Assembly (NCBI RefSeq): GCF_036365525.1
Contig: NC_090418.1
Location: 4,999,492 to 5,063,491, forward strand
DNA length: 64,000 nucleotides
Reading direction: 5' to 3'
From: Heterodontus francisci
Lineage: Eukaryota
Below the pieces are notes generated by a model that was not told the origin of the DNA, did not search any database, and saw nothing but the letters and a program-made list of their open reading frames with translations. A program made the position numbers and the translations under genes. Position 1 is the first letter of the stretch. Each line of letters starts with the position of its first letter. This document shows, piece after piece, positions 10,601 through 19,150 of this stretch.

Positions 10601-13600
10601 CCTCAGCATACAGAAGGTCCTTGGGTATGTGACCGTGTTCCATCCTATGTACGTGTCCGATCACCGAAGTTGCCTCAGTTTGATTAGTGCCAACACACTT
10701 GGGAGTTCTGCCTTTGAGAGGACTCCTACATTTGTGATTAGGTCCTGCCAGGTGTTATGACTGAGGTGGAAGGAGTGCACTGTCTTTTCTAGTCCCACTT
10801 CTCCGCAGGTCATAACATATTTTTAAAATGTTTACCCAGTTACCGATTCGGTCAATCATATACTCTACTCTTTATTCCAGAATAAAATACACCAACCAGG
10901 TTGCTTTAATAAACATCAGAATTAACAGTTTATTATCAACCAAGACTTATCCAGTAACAAAGCAAAGCATTAACACACAGATTGAAATACGAAAGTTCCC
11001 TTTTTAATTTCCCCACACAAAACACTCACACAAACACTGAAAAAACCCAGAAATTCTCTCTGCAGAGGTCTGTTACAAAAAAGGACCAAAAAAAATACTT
11101 TGGCCAAATACTTGCTAATTCTTGAAGAACCAAAGAGAAGATAGGGAAAGCAGTCAGTTGTCCCTTTTGGTCTGGCATCCGGGTACACGGAGACGGGCCA
11201 CTGGGATATTTTCAGAAGCAAATCGTTCTGGAGATGTCAAGAAATCGTCTGGTAGGCTTTCCAGGAGACATGTGGCATTAGGAGTTTCAGCCAACCCACA
11301 CTTGAATGGCAGTGTTTTTCCAAAGACAGGAGGAAAGGGGAACTGACACACTGGTCTTCTCAGGGTCTCTTAGAGAGGTGCAGGCAAAATGAGCTGCGGT
11401 TTCTTTCTCCTTGGCAGGCAAAACACCAACTGTCCTCAAAACGATATCTCAGAAGCAAAACCACAAACAGAAAGTCAACCTTCTGACCTCCATAAACCTT
11501 GACATGTGGCTTCTCTGTAAACATCTTCCCCAGGTCACCAAGGTTTCTGTTGTTTATTGAGCTTAAAGCACATGATTTCCAGCAAAGGTTGTTTTCAAAT
11601 GACATCTCGGCGTCCTTTCAGTGAACTGTCAACAACAAAACAAAGTCCAGCATTTATAAAATCTTCAGCCTTCCTATGAATCCATCTCCACAATTTAAAT
11701 ATGAGTCCTCAAAAAAAACTTAACAAAAAGTATAGAAGCACCTTCATAACACAGGATATACCCATAATGTGCCGCAGACAGTGAAGATGGAAATTATTGA
11801 GCTTCTTTTCCTGGTAGCTGTAAGTCACCCATGTTTCACAGCCATACAGCAAGGTGCTGAGAACACAGGCCTTATAAACCACCAGCTTGGTCCTAAGGGT
11901 CAGCTTGGTGTTATCCTATGTGCGTTTTGTGAGTTGGCCAAAGGTGGTAGCTGCTTTCCCTATGTCTGTACCCCTGAGAGCATTCACATGGGTCCCCAGT
12001 TGCAGTCGCTCACCTCTAGATGTCCACTCCTTCTGTCCCGCCTCCTCCCTCCCCCCACCCCCGCCAGTGAAAACCCAGGCCTCGCCATCTCCTCAGTATT
12101 TGGGGAAACTGCGGCTCTGTGTTTTGATCCACAACAAAGGGGTGGGGATGGGGTGGAGATTACTCACTCGGCCAGCAGGTCTTCATGCTCCAGCAGTTGA
12201 CATTCACCTCCAGACATGTGGTGCAGTTTATAACTGTCGTCGAATCCCCTGGATAGACACGGAATGCAGCACAAGATCAACAACAGCCAGAAACTGCAGG
12301 GGGGGGGGGGGGGGGGCGGGGGTTTCTGCTGTCGAATTGCCAGACACCTACCAGCCCCCAATGCCCCCTCCCCACCCTGACTGTCCGAGCGACAGTCTGC
12401 ACTGGACCACAGGACAGGAAATATAAGCTAGGCAGTGTTGGAGAAAAACACTCAGCAGCTCAGGAGGCAGCCAAGGAGAGGGAAAGAGGAGTTAACTGAG
12501 GTGGGGAGGGGGAGGTGCAGTTTTAACCCCAGTGGGGTTAGGTGCGACCCTGATTTTACACCCACCTGATTTTACCCTCCATTTGAAGTCAATATCAGGT
12601 AGGCTGTAAAACCGGGGTTCCACCCGATTCCATGGGACTCCTCCCCCTCCACCTTCCACTCCGCCCCCAGGCCATCTCTTGTTTCTCTCTCCACTGATGC
12701 TGCCTGACCAACTGAGTGTTTCCCATAGGGGTTTCCAACTCTGCTTTTATATTCCTGGAGGTTTCATCATATGGCCACCTGCCTTCAACCAACCCACTCA
12801 GTCAAACAGCCTTTTCAAGATTTTTATTTCTCGTCACATTTTTGCTCACAGCAGTGCCCAACAGATTAATCGTCAAGTCCTGGAGACTCTAGGGCAATCC
12901 TAGTTGGCAACTCTGGTTTCGCAGCGTTTGTTGTTTTTATTTCAGATTTTGCTTTAGTTCGACAGCAGAGTAACAATCGGATGCCCTTTCTCCCCTTGTG
13001 ATAAATCCCCTGGTTCTAAGTCAGGCCATGGGGGGAGCCTGGGATCAGGGACAAAGGGAGCAGGAGTCTGTCACTTCCGTCACATCCATCACACCCACCC
13101 CCCACTGCTTCCCGGCAAGTACACATGACAGGGTGCCACTGGAGGAGTTAAATGGCGGGGAACTGATCTTTGGCTCCTGGTTGTGGCCAATTACCTTGCA
13201 CTATTGGCTGGGGACGCTGACCATTACCGTGACTCAAGCTAGGATAAGAATCCTACAACATAGCAGGAGGCCATTCAGTCCATCGTACTTATGCCGGCTC
13301 TTTGAAAGTGCGATCTAATTAGTCCCACCCCCTTTTGCTCTTTCTTTATTGCCCTGCAATTTTTTCATTTTCGAGTATCTAACCTAACTGGGAAAGTGAG
13401 GCAATTCGAAAAAAAATAAGCTTTCACAAGGGAGCGAAGCTTCCATTTTCGCTCCATGGGAGTCGAAGGGTCAAAGGATCCCATTAAAACATTCCATACA
13501 GAGCAGGGATTAAACCTAGGGGACTTTAGCCCACAATGTGCACGAGGGGGTGGTGGCGTCAATTTTCTCCCACACTGTACTGTGAGGGGGTGGTGATGTC

Positions 13601-16600
13601 AATTTTAACTGAACTCACTGGGCAGGAATCCCACAGGATCAAGTTAAACACTGGGTTTTACCCCCCCCCCCCCCCCCCACTCCCCCCAATACCATTATTA
13701 GTCCCCGTTGATTCAAATTGGGCAGAGTGGAAACAAAATTGCCCTACGTGCATTGAATTTCCCATTGAATTCAGTTCGACATGTTTCCACAGCGGGGGTT
13801 TTAAATCATGACCTGCCGGACAAGCCACTCCATAACTGATGGGCTTTATTGAACACTAACAGCTACAGTTTTTAAGAGGTGGGTAGGTTGTACTCACTGC
13901 ATTTGGGGGCACACATGGCTGCAGAAAAAAGAAAGGAAGGTTTTATCAACAACAAGAGCTTGCATTTCTATATCAGCTTTAACATACTGAAATATCCTAA
14001 GGTGCTTCACAGGAGCATTAGCAAAACAAACCGAGTCACAGAAGGAGATGCCACAGGTGACTAAAAGTTTGGGCAAACAGATAGATTTTAAGGAGCGTTT
14101 TAAAGGAGGAGAGAGGTGGAGAGGTTTAGGGAGGGAGTTGCAGAGCTTAGGACCCAGGCAGTTGAAGGCACGGCCACCAATGGTGGAGCGAAGGAAATCA
14201 AGAATGCGCAGAGAGGCCAGAATTGGAGGGATCCAGAGATTTGTAGGGATTGATGAAGTTCCAGAGATAGGGAGGGTGAAGGCATCGGGGGATTTGGAAA
14301 CAAGGATGAGAATTTTAAAATTGAGGCATTTCTGGACTAGGAGCCAATGTAGGTCAGCCATGGGTAAACAAGTTGAGATATAGGCATCAGAGCTTTGAAT
14401 GAGCTCAGGTTTACTACCAGTGAGTTTGGTGCTGCCAGAACAGCATATGGGTAATTCAGGGAACATGTCTCCTGTAATTTTGCCACCATTCAACATGTGT
14501 GCCTGAAACAGCCTAGACCTATGCCCCCAAGAATTTTCATTGTCATAGAGAGATACAGCACTGAAACAGGCCCTTTGGCCCACCGAGTCTGTGCTGACCA
14601 ACAACCACCCATTTATACTAATCCTACATTAATCCCATATTCCCTACCACCTACCTACACTAGGGACAATTTATAATGGCCAATTTACCTGTTAACCTGC
14701 AAGTCTTTGGCGGTGGGAGGAAACCGGAGCACCCGGCAGAAACCCACACAGTCACAGGGAGAACTTGCAAACTCCACACAGGCAGTAACCAGAATTGAAC
14801 CCAGGTCGCTGGAGCTATGAGGCTGCGGTGCTAACCACTGCGCCACTGTGTCGCCCACTGTTTCCTTCCCTAAATTTGAGGACAGTCTTGCATTGATACC
14901 GCACCTTTCACAACTTCAGGATATCCCAAAATGCTTCGCAGATAATGAAGAACTTTGTGAAGTGCGGTCACTGTAGTAATGTAGGGAACTGCTGATTTGT
15001 ACACAGCAAGCTCCCACAAACAGCAATGAGATAAGTGACTAGATAATCTATTTTTGGTGGTGCTGGTTGAGGGACAAATGTTGTCCAGGACACCAAAGAG
15101 AACTCGCCTGCTCTTTAAAATAGTGGCCACGGGATCTTTTACATCCACCTGAGAGGGAAAACAGGGCCTCAGTTTAATGCCTCATCTAAAGGACAATACT
15201 TCCAACAATGTAGCACACTCTCTGTACTGTACTGGGAGTGTGGGCCTTGATTTTGTCTCTGAAGTGGGATTTGAACTCACAACCTTCTGAGTTGAGAGTA
15301 CTACCCAATGAGCCACAGCTGACACTGTTAATGCTAGGTTAACATCCAGTGGTGAGGGAATCAGTGTCCGGACAAGTGACCACCACCTCTGACGCTGCCC
15401 CAGCAAGCACATAATGTAGCACCGGCTCCCAATACTGGGTTGACGTCAGCGGTTTCATTTGGGTCTGATGAATGTCGATGGTTAAGCCCCCTCCGCCCCC
15501 GTAATGATTAGGAGAAGGTCTTTAGCTTTGGTTGATGCAAATGCAGAGAAGGTCCTCTGAAGCTTAAAAAGAAATGAGGAAGGCAACAGATACCACCTCA
15601 GTGATTCTTGTCTAGTGAATGGCTCATGTATGAGACTTGAATTAGGACATGCCCTCAGGGCAGCATTTAACCCATGAATGGACTACAATAATCATTAAAA
15701 AATAATAATAGCAAATGTCTTCTCACCCTCTTGGGTCAATTTTGGAAGCTTTACTTCATAGAGCCAGTTCCAAAAGATGGGCAGATCTGTCAGGGTCTGG
15801 TTGATCTCTGTGGAGATAGTTGCACATGGCAGAGGTTGTGACATTATTTAGTCCTTCTCTGGACTAGTAATATATTGTAATATACAGGCAGAAGAATAAA
15901 CGTGGCTACCTATAACTCGTAGAACCCGATGTACCTTTTCTGAGATCATGTCAACCAACACTTCATCTGGGCGGAAAAAGAAACAGTATTAGATGTGAAT
16001 GTGAATCCGTTCACTGCTAACTTGCCTTGTCCAAACATAGATTGCAGGGACAAATCTCTTCCCATTATATAAAATCTCAATGGATGACACCTTTTTCCTG
16101 CCATTATAGAGTGTCAATAGACTAAAAACATCCCATTCACTCCCACAGAATCCCAGTAAACTAAATCCCTTCTCATTCAATCCCATTGGATGCAACACAG
16201 TGGATTACCCTGTTCCACTCATTCCCATTGCTTAGAACTTCAATTGTCTAAACCCCTTCTCATTCACTTCCATTGGATAGAATCCCAACAGACCAAACTA
16301 CTTCCTTTTCACTGCCATTATACAAAATTCCAATAAACAAAACCCTTTCCCTCCTATTATATGGAATTTCAATGGAACCAAGTCCTTTCCCATTCCTTCC
16401 AATTGTATACTAGTCCAACGGATGGAACAAGTCTATGTGGCAGATAGAGCACAGACGTGGACAGGAGAATGGACTGTTTCTGTACTGTAATTTTTTTCTA
16501 ATTAATGTCCCCACAAAATGAAATACATTAATAACAATAATGACTTTTATTTAAGATAGCTTTATTTGTCTGGTTTACAGTTTAACCATTTGCACACAGT

Positions 16601-17109
16601 CTTTCCTAAAATGGACAGTGGTGATTCTAACAAATATATACGGGTGGGAAACGGGGAGGGGGACAGGAGAGAAAATATATTAACTGAGAGAAACAGAGTT
16701 AACGTTTCAGGCCTGATAGGGTAGTGGTAGCCTTCAAAAGGGAATTGGACAAATACCTGTAGGAGAAAAAAAAAATTGGAGAGTTATGGGGAAAGAGTGG
16801 GACCAACTGGATTTGCTCTTCACGTGTTGGCACAGACTTGATGGACCAAATGGCCTCCTTCTGTGCTGTACTATTCTATGATTCTGTTCTATAATAGATA
16901 ACCTCACCAAATAGAAATTTATTCAGGTCTGCATCTGTGTACATGGTGCAGTTTGTAGTCCCTGTCAGCACCTCGTACTCCCCGCACAGCTTCTGAAATC
17001 TGTCCCTTATTCTTTTATGTGGAAAAGCACAGAACATGCAACCTTCGGCCTTCAAGATGAGACCCAGCCAGAGGCCAGTCACCATCACAGTGCTGGCTGT
17101 CTTCTTCAT
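4586..17109 (-). CDS. TMEM95: TMEM95 (IZUMO-fold sperm-egg fusion protein), 7 coding exons, 190 aa: complement(join(4586..4628,7521..7608,12168..12248,13898..13918,15727..15807,15910..15966,16908..17109))
   Basis: All introns GT-AG with consistent phases (1,1,1,1,1,2); 573-nt open frame. Protein MKKTASTVMVTGLWLGLILKAEG-CMFCAFPHKRIRDRFQKLCGEYEVLTGTTNCTMYTDADLNKFLF-DEVLVDMISEKVHRVLRVI-EINQTLTDLPIFWNWLYEVKLPKLTQE-AMCAPKC-RDSTTVINCTTCLEVNVNCWSMKTCWP-NWLDLNESIYLIIGLSTGSILIGCITLIF-ESRKLRDQADEEDG. Matches recalled human TMEM95 blocks CVFC, DEV..EKTHRVLRVME, LPSYWSWL..KLP, ALCPPAC, STTLYNCSTC..CW...CFP, then the TM helix. Confidence 0.92.
4670..4804 (-). mobile_element. Penelope-derived short element (single arm, degenerate)
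   Basis: tgctggaaatctgaaataaaaa...cagcagctgtggagagagagaaatagagttaacg; same family as 23025 and 29636. Confidence 0.6.
4805..5270 (-). mobile_element. Deu-domain SINE (SacSINE1-like), near full length
   Basis: 3' tail aagaaagacttgcatt, Deu core and tRNA-like head. Confidence 0.75.
5688..6400. repeat. About 61-bp tandem repeat (about 11-12 copies), expanded from an LF-SINE-like segment
   Basis: Unit aaacattcccaggacaggtacagcacggggttagatacagagtaaagctccctctacactgtcccatc; dispersed monomers at about 23000-23230 and 60775-60835. Confidence 0.85.
6720..7100 (-). mobile_element. L2-clade LINE 3' end
   Basis: Translation AFSCLGPKLWNSLPKPL and tail aggcgctatataaat. Confidence 0.65.
7521..7608 (-). 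CDS. TMEM95: TMEM95 exon 6 (transmembrane helix)
   Basis: ttctttcaacag| ... TTCGA|gtaagt; NWLDLNESIYLIIGLSTGSILIGCITLIFE. Confidence 0.85.
8175..10165. repeat. About 30-bp minisatellite, about 2 kb (TMEM95 intron 5)
   Basis: Unit ccaatcccttcYgatagtcttctccacccc with variable C-run length. Confidence 0.95.
10230..11965 (-). mobile_element. RTE-clade LINE fragment split by a solo LTR
   Basis: 10230-10752 and 11752-11965 are continuous RTE sequence; same family as 24425-24970. Confidence 0.7.
10753..11751. mobile_element. Solo LTR (Ty3/Gypsy-type), 999 bp
   Basis: Starts TGTTATGA and ends TCATAACA (8-bp inverted termini, TG..CA); 4-bp TSD CAGG at 10749-10752 and 11752-11755. Confidence 0.85.
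12168..12248 (-). CDS. TMEM95: TMEM95 exon 5 (beta-hairpin, CxxC)
   Basis: tctatccag| ... CCGA|gtgagt; RDSTTVINCTTCLEVNVNCWSMKTCWP. Confidence 0.9.
13898..13918 (-). CDS. TMEM95: TMEM95 exon 4 (21-nt microexon)
   Basis: ctttcttttttctgcag| ... TGCA|gtgagt; AMCAPKC versus human ALCPPAC. Confidence 0.88.
13950..14410 (-). mobile_element. L2-clade LINE 3' fragment
   Basis: Translation DLHWLLVQKCLNFKILILVSK...GGRAFNCLGPKLCNSLP. Confidence 0.7.
14546..14856 (-). mobile_element. HE1-type shark tRNA-derived SINE
   Basis: tRNA head with A/B boxes (gtggcgcagtggttagc; ggttcaattc), core ctgtgtggagtttgcaagttctccc, CR1-like tail gcctgtttcagtgctgtatctct. Confidence 0.85.
14885..15325 (-). mobile_element. 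Deu-domain SINE (SacSINE1-like)
   Basis: Same family as 4805-5270. Confidence 0.7.
15727..15807 (-). CDS. TMEM95: TMEM95 exon 3
   Basis: ctccacag| ... GAGG|gtgaga; EINQTLTDLPIFWNWLYEVKLPKLTQE. Confidence 0.9.
15910..15966 (-). CDS. TMEM95: TMEM95 exon 2
   Basis: tttttccgcccag| ... ATAG|gtagcc; DEVLVDMISEKVHRVLRVI. Confidence 0.9.
16908..17109 (-). CDS. TMEM95: TMEM95 exon 1 (signal peptide, CxxC)
   Basis: acaATG start, hydrophobic leader ending AEG, then CMFC...KLC...NC; TTTG|gtgagg donor. Confidence 0.9.
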
Positions 17110-17641
17110 TGTCAAACTAGTGAAGGACAGTGCAATATTGAGTTTGCAAGCTAGTTTAACTGCTCAGTTTAACAGTTGCTAGTTGTGTGTGTTCAAATTA
17201 AATCAGTTAACTTTGGGTTTGCTAGGTGGTTGCTAGTGTTCCATCTTTTATGCTGTCATAAGGATAGCAAGTGAACCATTGATGTCAGCAATTCCAAATC
17301 TCTCAGCTGTTTCTCCTGTGATTCCATACAATGTTTTAGAATAGCCACTTCCCTCATTGGATATGAGGACATTGGATGAGTTGTCTATGGGAATCTGGCC
17401 AAGTTGATTGATGTGGAACTCAGTCAGAATAGGGGCATTGTTTTAGGTCATTAATTGAACTGTATGTTACCAAGGCCCGAGCACGTATTTGAGACTTAGA
17501 TGACTGGTGCCAAGTTGTGTCTTCGCATTACAGGAAAACCTCCCTATGCATTTGTGCTTTGTGATAGAGGATCTCTACAATGTTTAGTTCTGGTAAGAGG
17601 CTGGAACTTGGTTAACAAATTTGCTAAAAGTAAGACCTGCA

Positions 17642-17932
17642 TTTAGTTTAGTTTAGAGATACAGCACTGAAACAGGCCCTTCGGCCCACCGAGTCTGTGC
17701 CGACCATTAACCACCCATCCATACTCTTTTTTCTTTCTTTCTTTCTTTTGGGCCTCCTTATCTCTATCCTACACTAATTCCATATTCCTACCACATCCCT
17801 ATATTTCCCTACCACCTACCTATACTAGGGACAATTTATAACAGCCGATTAACCTATCAACCTGCAAGTCTTTTGGCATGTGGGAGGAAACCGGAACACC
17901 CGGAGGAAACCCATGCAGACACAGGGAGAACT
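17642..17932 (-). mobile_element. 5'-truncated HE1-type SINE
   Basis: Same sequence as the other HE1 copies; lacks the tRNA head and abuts a Deu-SINE. Confidence 0.8.
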
Positions 17933-18375
17933 TGTATTTATACAGTGTCTTTCCCAACCTCGGGTCATCCCAAAACATTTTGCAGCCAAAGTACTTTTGA
18001 AGTGCGGTCACCGTTGTAATGTAAGAAACGTGGTAGTCAAATTGCACAGGAAGCTCCCACAAACAGCAACATGGTAAATGATTAGATTTTTAGATTGGAT
18101 TAGTTTTTTCAGAGATGTTGATTGGCCCGTGACAGTGGAAAGGACTCCCCTGCTCTTCCTGGCATAGCACCGTGGGATGTTTCACATCCACCTGAGAGGG
18201 AAGACAGAACCTCGGGTTTAACGCTTTGTTCAAAAGAGCACACCTCCCACAATACAGAAGTCCCTCATTACTGCACTGGGTGTGTTGGCCTCGATTGTGC
18301 TCAAGTGTCAGGAGTGGAACTTAAACCCACTGCCTCAAGAGGCCAGACTGAGTGCCAGCCACTGAGCTGGGGTTG
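17930..18375 (-). mobile_element. Deu-domain SINE (SacSINE1-like)
   Basis: Same family as 4805-5270. Confidence 0.7.
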
Positions 18376-18419
18376 ACTATTGGTGCATTTGCCCCTCTTT
18401 TGCCCCCCTTTGGTTGCAA

Positions 18420-19150
18420 TGCCAACCTTGCCCTGCCCTCAACCAGTGCCCGTGACGTCATCGCCGCTGCGATTGTGCGTGTGTCAACGTGATGACGCAG
18501 TCGCCGCGCTGCCGGCCGCTTCAACCTGCGCGGAAGATGGCGGCGGGCGAGCGGCGCTGCGCATTCGGGCCTATGTTCCCAGAGCCTCCCACCGGCTTCG
18601 GGTCCCTCAGCTCGTCGCTGCTGTGCCGGAAACCGGTGTTCGTGTTGTCGGTGGAGAGATACCCGAGGGATCCGGAGAGCGGGAGAAGACTGTTGGAAGA
18701 TTCGGGCGGCGGTGGCGGCCCCGACCTGTACGACCTGAGCCTGACCGACGGCCACTGCCGCCTCCGGGCCACTCTGCGGCCCACGCTCAACCCCTTGGTC
18801 CGCCGCAACGAGTTGCACTGCGGCTGCGAGTTGAGGGAAATCCGCCTCGGGGTGGAGTACGACGAAAGGCGGCTTGGCGGTGGCGGCCGGCTCTTCGTCG
18901 TCCTGGAGGCCCAGGTGGTTAAGCGGGGCAGCGGTGCCCTGCCCCCAGCCATTAGGAGGCTGAAGGTGCAGAAGCTGCAGGTGTTCGGTAACGGGGCGGA
19001 GCAATGTCAGCGGCCAGAACTGCCACTCAAAGCCAAGAGGCGGTACTACCTGCCTCTGTGGGACAGTGCCAACTATTATGGGGAAGCTTGGCACCGACAG
19101 CCCCCTGGGCACCCTACCCATCGACTTGAAGGTGAAGTGGTACCGTCCTG
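18420..19150 (+). promoter_or_regulatory. CpG island promoter / exon 1 of the RADX-like gene
   Basis: CpG-dense island in a CpG-poor background; full CRE TGACGTCA at 18453-18460; ETS core CGGAAG at 18531-18536 overlapping the YY1 motif AAGATGGCGGC at the ATG. Confidence 0.75.
18537..19131 (+). CDS. RADX: RADX-like exon 1 (OB1)
   Basis: aagATGG Kozak (an in-frame upstream ATG at 18492 is possible); GAAG|gtgaag donor, phase 1. Confidence 0.85.
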
